Origin: Eledone cirrhosa | Lineage: Eukaryota | Reading direction: 5' to 3' | Length of the DNA stretch: 64,000 nt | NCBI GenBank assembly: GCA_964016885.1 | Contig: OZ024743.1 | Location: 222,766,001-222,830,000, forward strand | Shown here: positions 12,027-24,774 of the stretch, piece after piece | How positions within the stretch are numbered: position 1 is the stretch's first letter | Layout of the letters: the number at the start of each line of letters is the position of its first letter | Made by a program: the position numbers and the translations under genes | Notes under the pieces: generated by a model | Told to the model about the DNA's origin: nothing | Database searches by the model: none | Seen by the model: only the letters and a program-made list of their open reading frames with translations

Positions 12027-12317
12027 CGTGTAGGTGTCACGACAATGAGGTTGTGTAGGTGTCACGACAATGAGGTTGTGTAGGTGTCACGACAAAAAAA
12101 CACAGTCCACGCTGTAATGTGGCCGTGTAGGTAACACGGTAAAAACCTCCCGGCCCACACTAAACGTGGTTGGTGTTAGGAAGGGCATCCAGCCGTAGAA
12201 AACCCGCCAGACAGTCCTATACGAGCAGGACAACAAATCTTGCCTCAAGTGGGAAAACTCCCGTCCAAACCCATTCAAGCGTGGAAGATGGACGTTAAAC
12301 GATGATGATGATGATGA
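12027..12317 (+). mobile_element. RTE-A 3' UTR-only insertion with triplicated 25-bp 5' junction
   Basis: Matches reverse complement of 55348-55590; ends ggacgttaaac(gat)n. Confidence 0.9.
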
Positions 12318-12422
12318 TATACAATTCTAAGTATATGTAAATATAGACATACATATCAATATGGCAAGGCCAATACACAGGCACACTAACTGTACAATAT
12401 TGATTGGATATATAAATGTGCA

Positions 12423-12476
<54 letters not shown>

Positions 12477-12919
12477 TGTATGTCTAAGTATATATCTGTA
12501 CAGACACATATCAATATATGTACAAGCACATTTACAGAGACAAAACATATCCACATACATACATGTATGTATGTCCACACATACACATACATACTGACAC
12601 GCAAGCACACACAACCTACTCACACCACTTATAAATCCACACACTAGTAATTATCAAACTATAATGATTTGTCCACTGTAGCTATAGCAACGACGAATTT
12701 CGAAATAATTAAGCCAAATGTGTTTTTCTGATACATTAAGAGGACTTCTGTGAAATGTTGCAGTATGGTTAATGCAGCACCTCTTTCTTAGTTGCACCCT
12801 GTTGTGAACATTGCAGCCACCGTTGACTGTAAAATATAAGCTCAAGAAACCCAAACTGTTCTTATCAAATAAATGGTCCTATTTCTAATGCCACTAATCC
12901 TTTCATTATCATATTTCTA

Positions 12920-13260
12920 ATAATAATTGTTTCTACATTTGGCATAATTTGAAGGGAAGGGGAAAGTCGATTAAATCGAAATCAGTGCGTTACTGGTACT
13001 TTATTTCATCAATTCCGTAAGGATGAAAAGCAAAGCTAATCTTGGCAGGATTTGAACACAAAGGGCCATAACTCTATGCCGCAAAGTATGTTGTCCGACG
13101 TTCTACCGATACTGCCAATCCACCTCAAGCACACACAACCTAATAATTGTTTCTACAATAGGCACAAGGCCAGCAATTATCCCAGTGTATTACTGGTACT
13201 TTATTTTATCGATCCCCGTAAGGATGAAAGGCCAAGTTAACCTCAACGGGATTTGAACTC
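12920..13260 (-). mobile_element. Two adjacent Nin/Deu-domain-like SINE copies
   Basis: tactggtactttattttatcga..ccgtaaggatgaaag core present twice. Confidence 0.75.
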
Positions 13261-13294
13261 AATATGCCATATATGTTGAGAGCGAGAGAGATTA

Positions 13295-13650
13295 TACCAG
13301 TTTTAAACTAGTAGGACCATTATTCAGCAGAGTACTCGATACTTGGCATTGACAGCAAATTTCAGTTTGGAATTTACTGTCAAATGGCAAGAGCTTAGCC
13401 ATTGGGCCCCGACTCTCTAATATATATATATGAAAAGATTCAGGACCCCGACGGCTTAGCTCCAGCCGTTTCGACAGTTAGATCCTGAATCTTTTCATAT
13501 TACCCACTCTACTACCCCAAGTATCCAGTACTCTTGTGCGTTATCGTCCACCTGTTATCTAACCACACACGTGTGTGTGTTTAATATAGAAATGGCTTCT
13601 ACAGGACTAGAACCGTTTCATTTGGAGGAAATCATCAGGAAAGCCTGAGA
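13295..13650. mobile_element. Penelope-like relic with partial inverted repeats
   Basis: Inverted arms atatgaaaagattcagga / tcctgaatcttttcatat; 13330-13348 inverted relative to 13517-13533; homologous segment 61860-61950. Family assignment is inference. Confidence 0.45.
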
Positions 13651-14931
13651 TAAACATATATATATATATATATATATATATAACTCGTTAAAATTTGCGC
13701 ACACACAATGCATTTCCTATTTCAGTCACATTGCTACAACAAGAAGTTTTCTCCCCAATCATAAGGTCCTGGGTTCTAACTCTACATTTGTCCTTGTAAA
13801 TAGTTATTACTCCAAAGTTACTCATACATTTATTCCTATATGCCATTTGTACATACATGTTGAACATTTATGTAATTATAGCCTAGAAATAAATTATCAA
13901 AATATCTTTAATTGCTTCTAGGTGTCAGTAATGAACATAAACTATAGGGTTTCTCTTATGCAGAGCATTAATTTATCAAAACACAAATTTCCTAGTTTGT
14001 GGGATTGTTCATAGATCAGATAATCTTGGTTATAAAGGGTATACAAAGCTATTGCCATCATCATCAACAGCACAGGTCCACGAGTTTTCAAATAATTTTT
14101 TTAAAGAATTTGGAGGGATTTAATAATATAACTTTCTCCTTATTAAGTTGGTGCAAAGTATTTCTTTAACCATTCTGCTATCATCATCAGTTTTTAGTTA
14201 AAATTTTCCATGCTGACATAGTTTGGAGGGGGGCCTTTTGAAGCAATGTGTTACAGCTGGATGCCCTTCCTCACAACAACCCTTTTGATTGCTTCTTATA
14301 ATACACAGGGACATTCTATACCAATTCTAAACAGCATACAGCAATCAATATAAAAAAGATAAAAGAAAACAAATGACATTATTTCTTAGCAATCTTGGCA
14401 AAAAAATGGTAATTTAAAGGATAAAGAGTTTAACATTTCTGTAAAGAAAGGAAGTTATGAATATTGCTTCATAAATAATGATTGTTTTGAAAGACAAAAG
14501 AAAACGTTGAAACACTGGTCAGCATTATATAAAGGAAAACACGGTCAATTTATTGAAATACTAACTAAAGCCTATGAGAAACAATAGTTCTAACAATGGA
14601 ATTCCAACAAAGACAAGTATTTTGGACTGGGTTGGTTTTAGTTTGTCAAGAACATGGAAAATAAAAGACTGTTATAAGGAGACAAGGTTCATTCATTCAT
14701 TGTTGATGAAAACAATCAAAAGAATGAAATATGAAAGTTCTAATTATATATATATTTATTGTTTTAGCCTGGAATTCAATGTAATGTCAAAACTACTATT
14801 ATTTCTTAGCTAATTTCGTTGACAATACATTTTTGGTCTGAGTCTATGTAAGTATACAATGTTATTGCTGTACATGATAATGAATCTACAGTCTAAAATA
14901 CACAATATATATATGTATATATATAAAAACT

Positions 14932-15124
14932 CACAGTCCATGCTAAATGTGGTCGCGTAGGTAACACGGTAAAAAGTTCCCAGTTCCACACTGTAAATGT
15001 GGTTGGTGTTAGGAAGGACATCCAGCCGTAGAAAGCCTGCCAGATAGTCCTATATGAGCGAGACAGGGTCACCCGACCAACCTTGCCTCAAGTGGCACAA
15101 CTCCTGTCTAAAACGGTGATGATA
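14932..15124 (+). mobile_element. RTE-related 3' UTR fragment
   Basis: cactgtaaatgtggttggtgttaggaagg..atccagccgtagaaa; ends aaaacggtgatgat. Confidence 0.8.
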
Positions 15125-15769
15125 CACACACACAATGTATATACACAACATTACACACACACACACACACATTTATTATTGTTATATAGAAATTATGTAA
15201 TACAACAGCAGCAGCTTTAGTTATCCCTTTACTAGTAACTGATACAAGTCTAGCTGATTTACAGGGAAGTGGAGATATGGACATACATGGTTTAACCACT
15301 ACTACTACCACCACCCCTACCACTACTGCTGCCACAACCACACCACTGTCACTACTACTACCACTCCCCCTACTGCCATCACCACCACAACCACCCCTAC
15401 AACCACCACCACCACTACAACCACCCCTACAACCACCACCACTAACAACTTACCATCTTCAACATTAACATGAAAAAAAAAAAAATGGAACAAAGTAGTT
15501 GAATGTTATTTAGAATATTGACAACCTCATAAAATCTAATGAGTTGACAACCTCATTAAATCTAAGAAGTAATGACTCAGTAATCATTAATTAATTAGGC
15601 AACTAAATACTGTTAAACTACAAAGTCAATTAAGTAATAATCTTTGACCATCAGAAAACCTTAGTTGTCAACTTATTACTTTGATAACCCATGCCAGCAT
15701 GGAAAATGGCCGTTAAATGATGATGATGAAGGGAGAAATATGAGGTTGTTATCTACCCACACGTAAAGC

Positions 15770-16082
15770 TTGCCTCTGGATATTTAGTGCTCTAGGTTAC
15801 CTTTACAATGTGTATCTAGTTTTCTTAGTTATAACCCCCCATTCTACCTCGCATCTGGGTATTTAGTGCTCCAGGCTACCTTTACAATGTGAATCTAGTT
15901 TTCCTAGTTATAACCCCCCATTCTACCTCGCATCTGGGTATTTAGTGCTCCAGGCTACCTTTACAATGTGAATCTAGTTTTCCTAGTTATAACCCCCCAT
16001 TCTACCTCGCATCTGGGTATTTAGTGCTCCAGGCTACCTTTACAATGTGAATCTAGTTTTCCTAGTTATAACCCCCCCATTG
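15770..16082. repeat. 80-bp tandem repeat, ~4 copies
   Basis: ctacctcgcatctgggtatttagtgctcc at 80-bp period; diverged single unit at ~48330-48390. Confidence 0.92.
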
Positions 16083-16124
16083 CATCAAGACCATTTATAA
16101 TATGAAAGGAACCTGTGATTGCCA

Positions 16125-16461
16125 TGTGTCTAACACACGTGGACATGCCTACAAAACAGCACAGCTCCTATGACTTTCGGAAACATTTTTTCACGCTTAG
16201 AGTTGCTGAAGCATGGAACAAACTGCCTGCGTCAGTTGTTAGCTGCCGAGACACTGCATCCTTTAAAACCCTCATGCTTCCCGAAATTTGCCAAAACTAC
16301 ACCTGATGTACCCATTCCAAACACATGCACACATGTGTATATCATGACTCATGCACTGTTCATTTTCCTGACGTTTGTACATTACCCTATGTACTATACA
16401 TACACTTTTTGATGAGCTGTAGTGCACCTGAGCACTGTACACAATATTTTCATTATTATTA
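16125..16461 (+). mobile_element. CR1-like LINE 3' fragment
   Basis: FRKHFFTLRVAEAWNKLPASVV...SFK is the typical CR1-group ORF2 C-terminus; (ATT)n tail. Confidence 0.8.
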
Positions 16462-16649
16462 TAAAATAACCAGCAACTACATGAGAAGATTTTGGATGAA
16501 GAAGCATCTAATGACTTCTTAGAATTTGACAAAGAAATAATAGCAGCAGTCACCTATTACATTAAGCCACCCTAGATCTACCTCTCCAATCCCTACACAC
16601 CTTCCCCCACCCCAGTCCTCAGTCCATACTGTAAATTGATCGTTTTGGT

Positions 16650-16890
16650 GTCAATAAAAATCACCCAGTCAACACTGTAAAGTAACTGTTTTGGTGCATT
16701 GATTAAAAAACACCCAATCCACCCTATAAATATGGTTGGCGTTAGGAAGGACATTCAGCCGTAGAAACCAAGCCAGAATCAGTTCTATATGAGCAAGACA
16801 TGGCCATCTGATCTGGCTTGTCTCACAATGGGACAACCTGTCTAACTTATGGTAGCGTGGAAAGATGGACGTTAAACAGTGATGATGATA
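16650..16890 (+). mobile_element. RTE-related 3' UTR fragment (older variant)
   Basis: ggttggcgttaggaagg..cagccgtagaaac..ggacgttaaacagtgatgatgat. Confidence 0.7.
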
Positions 16891-19734
16891 ACCAATGAAA
16901 GGAAAATATAAAACATCAATAAGGAAGATTTGATGGTGAAATAGCCTCAAGTTAAATATTTTTCTGTTTAAAGAGCTATAGAAGTTAGCTTAGTAACATA
17001 TCTAAAATGAGCCTGAAGACCCTACTGTGACATTCCAAGGTGACTGTATCACCATGATTAAAGAAATAATGGATCAGTTTAATAAAAAATTAGGTGTCGC
17101 CCTCCCCACTGGCTTTTCTCACCATCACCCCTCCCTGCAGATCTTTAACTTATTACCTCTCACACTTGCAATAAACTATATGCATGACATAAGTTATTTT
17201 CCTTCTCTCAACTTAAAAAAAAAAGGGGGGTTGCTTCCCCCTTTCCTTCCTATATGTGTGATGGACAGGCAGCCGAAGAAACAGCTTTTCTTATATCAGA
17301 TTACTCTGACCAGGAGAGAAGCAGCAAGTTGAGTTTTTAGACACAATATTCTACCATGGGACAAGACAATACACACAACATTTTATGCATTCTTTGAAAA
17401 GCAACTAATGTTTAAAAAGAAGCACAGCCCCGGTCCCTCTTCTCAGGTACAGTCACTTCTGTCATATTTCAACTGAATGGTGAGTAGACCTGTATTCTGG
17501 TAAAGTTAACAAGGTTAACCTGGTTCATTGGATCATAAACTTGTTTTCTAATTCTATAACAATAGATCATGCTCATTGAAACCATAGTGAAGCTATCTAA
17601 AATTAAGTGCTTGAAGAATACAAGAGACACATTTGTGGATATTTTTTTTATATCATCTGATGATGTCTACCACCTTCATTTGTGTCCATATCTCTGTTGA
17701 AATATCCTATCAAGCAGGTAAATTTATTTATGCTGTATTATAATAAGCCCATGTAACACTGTTTCATTTAGTGCTGCAGTTCTAAGAATGTATCTACAGT
17801 GCTAACCAAAGTATTATTGTGTCTGCAATAGCTGGAGTGAAGAGAAGAAACTATATATTTAATGAAATTAATAAAAGTTTCGTGTAAAACTGGGCTTAGA
17901 AACCTGTAGCAAGCTCTTTAGCCTATCTCAAGTGGCTATCTGAAGTGGCTCTTAGATGCTTTGAAATATTTATCTTATGTCTGTGATCTTGTATTAAAAT
18001 AAAACCACAACTTATGACCTGGAAATTGAAGCAATTTCAGATAAGATTCAAAGCCCAAAATTGCTCTGAGTAAGAAAAACATTTGCTAAATTCAGTTATC
18101 TTGTATTTATTTTAGTTTATAAATAAACTATTCAGTTATGATCGTCTCGATTTGTTTAGCTAAAAATGACTCATCAGATTGAAAAGACTCCACACTCCTA
18201 ATGTAAGATGTTAAAAATTATTTAGATATTTATTTTTTATAAAAGATATTGGTGTAACAGAAATAGAAGCATGCCAGACTAAATCTTTTATACTAGTTAG
18301 TTTTATGTCTATCTTTTGAGTCCAATACCCCACCAGTGTCATTTTGCTTTCAATCTCCCTGAAAACAAAATAATATTCCAAGCATGTATCCTGTTTAGAA
18401 TAGGGAAACCATATCCCCACATGTCTTAAAATAGCATCAGGAAGGGCATCAGGCTGTAAAAGAAAGGACCCCAGGTCACTGCTTTTTGCAGTGAAAATGG
18501 CTTTAACCTTTTTGTTACCATATTTCTACTGTATTTAAATTATTTAGTGAAGAATTTGGAGGGATTTACTAGAACATTTTCATAAAGGTGGCAAAATTTT
18601 ATATAAATTATGTTGGAACAAATCAATTTAAATAGGAACCCTTTAAAAATAGCGATTATGTTTCATAGAACCAGAGACAGTTTTGGGTGGGTTGCTATCA
18701 AAAGGGTGAAAACACTTGCGCTGTACTAAAATTGACTCAGTTGGCTATACAAATATTTTCAGTTGTGCATTGTAAAGGGGGAACTAAAGGGGTTGGCACC
18801 AGCAAATATGAGATCCACATGGCTAATCCCTGCTTTATCAGTGGGAAATGACCTTAAAAAAGTTTGCCACTTTCAGTGTATTTATAAAGTTGAGGAGTTT
18901 TTCTCAGCAAAATAGTTGTCTGGGAAGAAAAGTAGACAAACAGATAGTTCACTCTGTCAAAATCTCTGTGTATCAAAATATTACTAACCATACTAATTTG
19001 CTCTCAACATAAAAAGAAAAGTTTTATATAGTTAGGGAATATATTATGCTTGATATAAGCAAAAACAGACAGAAATACAAGCAAAAAAGAAAAAAAAGAA
19101 AAAAAAGAAAAAGAAAAAAAGAAAAAAAAGTAAAAATAGCATGACTTGCACATGAACATTACAACTTTTTTTCATAAAAGACATCAGCCGAAACCACTAC
19201 CACCTCCTAAACCTAACAGGCAGATGTGCGACAACCACTACCATTCTCTTACTGTCCTTTTCCTCCTTCCCCACTCATTTCTTTGTCAATCTTCAAAACC
19301 TACTTTTGCAGTTTAAATAATCTGTGTCACTCTTCAAGTGAGTAATTATTACAGCTGACATATAGCCAAACTCACAAAATGAGTTTAGTGACAGTACCTT
19401 TCAATCACCAGAATCTCTTTAAAGCTAATCCTTTTGCATACCATCAGAATCCAGTGAGGGCTGATACCTAACTAGCTGAAACTTCCCTTGGCTCTACAAT
19501 ACAAAGCTATGTATTTTGAAGTATTTATATATGTAAATAAAACCGTTATTGCTCCAATCAGTTCACTAACACTCAGCAAAAACCCTAAACCGAATACCAA
19601 CCTGTACTCATGACTCCTGCCAAACCAAACTGTACTCACCTCCAAATTCGGCAAATCAAATGGAGACCACCCATCTTCCCAAACTCAGCATACGTAACTA
19701 GACCACAACAGCCAAAGATATACATGGCCTGCTC

Positions 19735-20100
19735 TGGTCAGGCTTCTGCCTGTTACTGGTACCATGTAACCCAGTACAATCTGTTCATATTCAAGTGGTT
19801 GGGGACTAAACCGGCTCCCCACCAGACCCTGATCTGGTGAGGAGGATAAGTGGAACCCCAGCAGTACAAAAACCAAGAGCTGTTAAAAGGGTGGATAACT
19901 CCTCCGAGTCAACAGCCATCCACCCCAACTATGGGTTAAATAGCCTCACCAACCTGCAATTGGCCAAGCATGGTATGGTTACACCCCTGACATGACCAAA
20001 AACCAAACAAAGTGGTGGAGGTCAACTAGGGAGGAGTTCCACCAACAGGAGTGAGAAGACCTTGGATTGGATTGAATTGAAAACCTTTTCACCATAAATC
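19735..20100 (+). mobile_element. Old repeat resembling an RTE/RTEX LINE 5' UTR
   Basis: Colinear similarity to 42188-42450 (tactggta.catgta.cccagt, gactaaac.ggc.cccac, ggtgaggagg, gagtcaa..gccatcca). Confidence 0.45.
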
Positions 20101-21409
20101 TATGAAAGAACTTTTGTTGCTTCAAATACCAAACAAATAGTGAAAAAGTTATATTATTAAATCCCTTTAAAATTATATAGATAGTGTCTTTCATTATAAA
20201 TATGGTAAGGAAAGGGATAAGACATAGGTAGTGAACAGGTTAATAACTGTCTTTCATTAGAAATATCATAATGAAAAGATTAAAGACACAGATAGATAGT
20301 GCCTTTCATTAGAAATGTAATACAAGGGATAAAGACAGGTATTATCTTTCATTAGAAATATGGTAATGAAAGGGATAGAGCTAATCCATCAGGATTCACT
20401 GAGAGCTGGGATTTAGTTCTGAGTATTATTTTCCTATGTGACTGAGATAGAAATCCATTTGCCACCTCCCCACCAACAGAAAAACATGGACAGGACAGCC
20501 AGCTATAACAAGTAACTTTCCCAAGATGTTGGCTGCAAAAGGTGAATCTAGTAGAGCAAGCCAACAAATCACATGGCAATTTTACAGAAGCTGTGTGAGA
20601 GAGAGTATATAAACACACACACGTATACACACACACACATGTATATAGTCAATATCAACACACCATTCAGTAAGCTACCTTAGCAGACAACCATAAAGCT
20701 ATTTTTCGACTGTTTTCAAAACCAGTTTAGAATTCATAAATCATGCCCCATATGAAAGTTAAGATGTTAGTTTTTCATTTACTGGTCTCAGTCATGTTGT
20801 TTAATATATGTATGTATATATATAATAGCATGACTCATAGTTTATGGCATTTGATAAGTTTATGGTATTTTAAATAATAAATTAATAAATATAACTGTCT
20901 ACACATCATACACAGCTGCAATACATGTGAAAAGCCTGATAATATTTAGATGAAAGCTTTATATGTATGTGTGTACACAAACTCACACATATACACATAC
21001 ATTCAAACACACACATAAACAAACACACACACAAACAAACACACATAAACAAACAAACAAACACACAAATATAATTTATTCACATTAAGAGCCAAAGGAT
21101 TTTACAGACAAATTAGATTTGACACTTTGGTAATAAAAAAACATTTGCAAAAGACCAAGCATAGAATATATTATTAACTAATTATCAACTAATTACTAAT
21201 GAACTAATTAATGGTTGAATTTATCTAATGCTAGACATGGTAAGATTAATGAGAGAAGGGGAAATCTTTAGTTTCTAATACTAGAAATTGTAAGATTAAT
21301 GGGGAAAAGGGAAAATCTTTAGTTTCTAATACTAGAAATGCTAAGATTAATGAGAGAAGGGGAAATCCTCAAAACAAAACAATCACCTTGCATAACACAC
21401 ACACATTAA

Positions 21410-21614
21410 TCCTTTAGCATTTAAACCAGCCGTATCCAGCCAGAATTCTCTCACCTTTTCCTTTCAAACTGGTTGCAACCAGCTGCCCATACTGATGTTA
21501 AGGTATTGTTTTCAAAATAAATAATATCAAAATCTCAGATTCGATATTATGTGAGATAAAGTGTTTACCATGAAAATATAAACGTAAATGTAGTGTAATG
21601 TAAATGCTAAAGGG
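21410..21614. mobile_element. piggyBac-like MITE, family 1
   Basis: TTAA flanks; TIR (T)CCTTTAGCATTTA / TAAATGCTAAAGGG. Confidence 0.85.
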
Positions 21615-21902
21615 TTAATGAAAGAAAGAGAAATCTTTAAAACTGAACAACCAGCTTGCATTACATTTTACGTGTAATTCTAATTTCTGAAAGTTCAAAC
21701 TGAAGATTAACTTAATTTTAGAAATGTTTGTAAAATTAATTGCTGTTAGATTCCACCCACATGACCGGAGAACAATCAGTCATGTTGTAGCCATTAGTCG
21801 GGTGTTCTAAGGGTTAGGAAAAGATTTTAAAAAAAAGGCAAAGCGCTCTTAACTCCTGATGGAGCTGTATGGGCACCATCCTGACACCCATTGGTCTTCA
21901 GT

Positions 21903-22114
21903 ATGGATTGGTAGTATTGGTAGAGCATCGGACATGCTTTAGGCATTGAGTTACGGCCCTTTGCGTTCTGAGTTCAAATCCCGCTGAGGTTAGCGTTGCT
22001 TTTCATCCTTACATGGTTGATAAAATAAAGCCCCAGTAATGCACTGGGATCAATTTAGTCAACTTTCCCCTCCCCACAAAATTTTTTACCTTGTACCTAA
22101 ATCAGAAACCAGTA
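21903..22114 (+). mobile_element. Nin/Deu-domain-like SINE
   Basis: B-box GAGTTCAAATCCC, core tttcatcctta..gataaaataaag. Confidence 0.8.
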
Positions 22115-23090
22115 TTTGAAACCAGATGGAACCCATCTCCCTCTCAAGGTCTAAACACACCTGGTTTTCTTCCAGAGAGAGCGTGCGTGCGTGCGTGCGA
22201 GAGAGAGAGAGAAAAAAGAATAAAGAAGGATAGAGAAAGAACCAACCGCCAGTAATGGATTGGTAGTTTATCAACTTCGAAAGGATAAGAGACAAAGTTA
22301 ACCTCAGTGGGATTTGAACTCGGAACACAGTGAGCCAGAACAAATACTGAGGTTTTTATCTAACACCCTAATGACTGTACCAATTAATACCCTAACGACA
22401 ACCAATTTGATGCCTTTATTGTGTTACCTCATCTTTATTGGGTGCATGATGCCTTAAAAAAAAAAAAATAATAAAAAAAAAAATAAAAAAAAAAAAAAAA
22501 ACACCCTTAAAAATATAGTACTAAATAAAAAGGTGTGGTTAAGAAGTTTACTTTTTAACCATGTAGTTCTAAGTTACATTACTCTGTGTCACACTTTTAG
22601 ATAATTATCTTCTACCATAGACTCAGGTTGACCAATGGCTTGTTAGTGGAATTTGGTCATTGGGAACTGTGTTGAAACCCATCATATATTATCATCATTT
22701 AACATCCATCTTCCCTGCTAGCAAGGGTTGGACAGGTCATCAGTTGGTTGGTACTCAAGTGGAACTTCTGACCTATCGGGCATGTTGGGGGCCTGCATCT
22801 CACATATGTTCTTGCTCTCTACTGATTGCTCCGATAGACCAGGGGCCTGCATTTTGATTACATATGATGCTGCACTCCAGAGGGAATTTTAATGTGGCAC
22901 CAGTACTAGGGAGGTTCATGTGTGTTTGGCAGATTTTCCTATCACCAGCCATTTTATAGAGTGCACTGAGTGTATTAATCATGTAGATCTTCAACACTAG
23001 GGAGGTTGTTATATCTTTAACATAACTGGAGAGCCCTCCCAACCCTTTGTGTGCATATGATCATGTATACAGAACAGCTTTGCTTTAAAA

Positions 23091-23220
23091 AGTGAGTGAG
23101 TGAGTGAGTGAGTGAGTGAGTGAGTGAGTGAGTGAGTGAGTGAGTGAGTGAGTGAGTGAGTGTGCGTGCGAGTGTGCGTGCGTGCGTGTGTGCGTGCGAG
23201 TGTGCGTGTGTGCGTGTGTC
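23091..23220. repeat. (GAGT)n then (GTGC)n microsatellite
   Basis: Direct inspection. Confidence 0.95.
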
Positions 23221-24074
23221 TTGTTGATATATATATATTGGTGAAGAAACCGGAAAATCGGTTTTTTCTGAATAAAATTCCTTGCATTCTTGCTGTCAGA
23301 AATTCAGTGAGTTGATTATTGGCACACTGGAAACCTGTAACCAACAATGCTTATTATTCACTATATAAAAGCAAAAAGCAAATAAATAAATGTACTGAGG
23401 AATATTTCACTGCTACACCGAGAAGGTTGAGGGAGTACAAAAAACCTCCAATGATTCATCATTGATAGGTAAAGGGGAAGACATTTTAACTGTATGATGA
23501 AGAGGTTTGTGACATGTCCAGCTAAATAATCAGGATCTAAAACAGTAAAATTAAAGAAAGTATTGGGAAATATATGGTAAGGAATGCTTGGAAATGGCTG
23601 GGACAATTAAGGTAAAAATACTAGAGTAGAATGCAGTAAGATAAACAAAACAACAGTATATATTTTTACCTTATATTTTATGATATTTCAGGGTTATGGC
23701 TCCCTTTTTCAAAAGAAAAGGAGTGGCATATGGTGGTGACTATAAACAAAAGCGCTCCACTTATCGTCACCTTCACACTCCATTTGAAATATGAAATATG
23801 AAATATAAAGTAAAAGTGGAAATTGGTTTTCTGTTTTAAACAATTCTAATAATTGTAATTTTATGTTTTTAAGTCGTCAACCTTCTATTGTAATTCTGGG
23901 AGAACTGGGATTTATTAACATGATTTCTGGAGCCAACATATTTCCAGTTCTTGTGACTATACCTCATACTTATTTCTTTTTGTCTCTAATTCTCTTTCTG
24001 TGAGTGTATTTCATGTAACAAGACAAAGTTTTGTGAATGGGAGAGCTGTCCCAGATAACTCCTATGTCTAACAC

Positions 24075-24267
24075 ATAATAATTGTTTCTACTTTAGGCAC
24101 AAGGCCAGCAATTACCCAGTGCATTACTGGTACTTTATTTTATCGACCCCGTAAGGATGAAAGGCAAAGTAAACCTCGGCGGGATTTGAACTCAGATCGT
24201 AAAGGGACGTAACTATGCTGGAAAGCAGGGCGTCCAACCCTCTACCGATACTGCCAATCCACCGCCC
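24075..24267 (-). mobile_element. Nin/Deu-domain-like tRNA-derived SINE, short-body subtype
   Basis: Nearly identical to 61277-61463; head GGCGGTGGATTGGCAG, B-box GAGTTCAAATCCC, core GCCTTTCATCCTTACGGGGTCGATAAAATAAAGTACCAG, (ATT)n tail. Confidence 0.9.
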
Positions 24268-24774
24268 TCTTACACATAATAATGATATATATAGTATCTC
24301 TTCATTTTTTTTTTTTTATTGAAATGTGTGCCACTTACAGTAATTTCTGTACATGTCTGTGAGCATTGTTATTACTGCACACATTTACGTATCAACATGT
24401 ATGTGCATGTATAGACAAACACATGCGGTTCATAGCCTGCAGATTAATATCATACATCCAGGTACTTCGTCCACCATTTCCTTTATTGTCAGAGTTGTTT
24501 AACTGGTTTTGTGACTGTTCTACATTAAATACTGCATTCAACGAGGGGAAAAAACAGGGCAGAACAACTTCTTTACCTTACTATTTTCACACACACAGAT
24601 AGAATCTACTATTCACTTTTTCTAATCTCCCAGGCTAGGAAGGGATCTGAAGGCGGCAATAGGTACTCTTATATCCTCTCCTAATTAAAAGAACAAAAGA
24701 AAACAATAAAATCTGACAAAAAAGTACCCCAACTCCACCTAACATTTGTCTATAGACATATTTCATGTGCGTTG

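Noticed and set aside
23360-23800. Possible small exons (AG at 23690-23691 giving GYGSLFQKKRSGIWW-stop; 81-aa minus ORF)
   Set aside because: No homology recognised, no partner exons, early stops in other frames.
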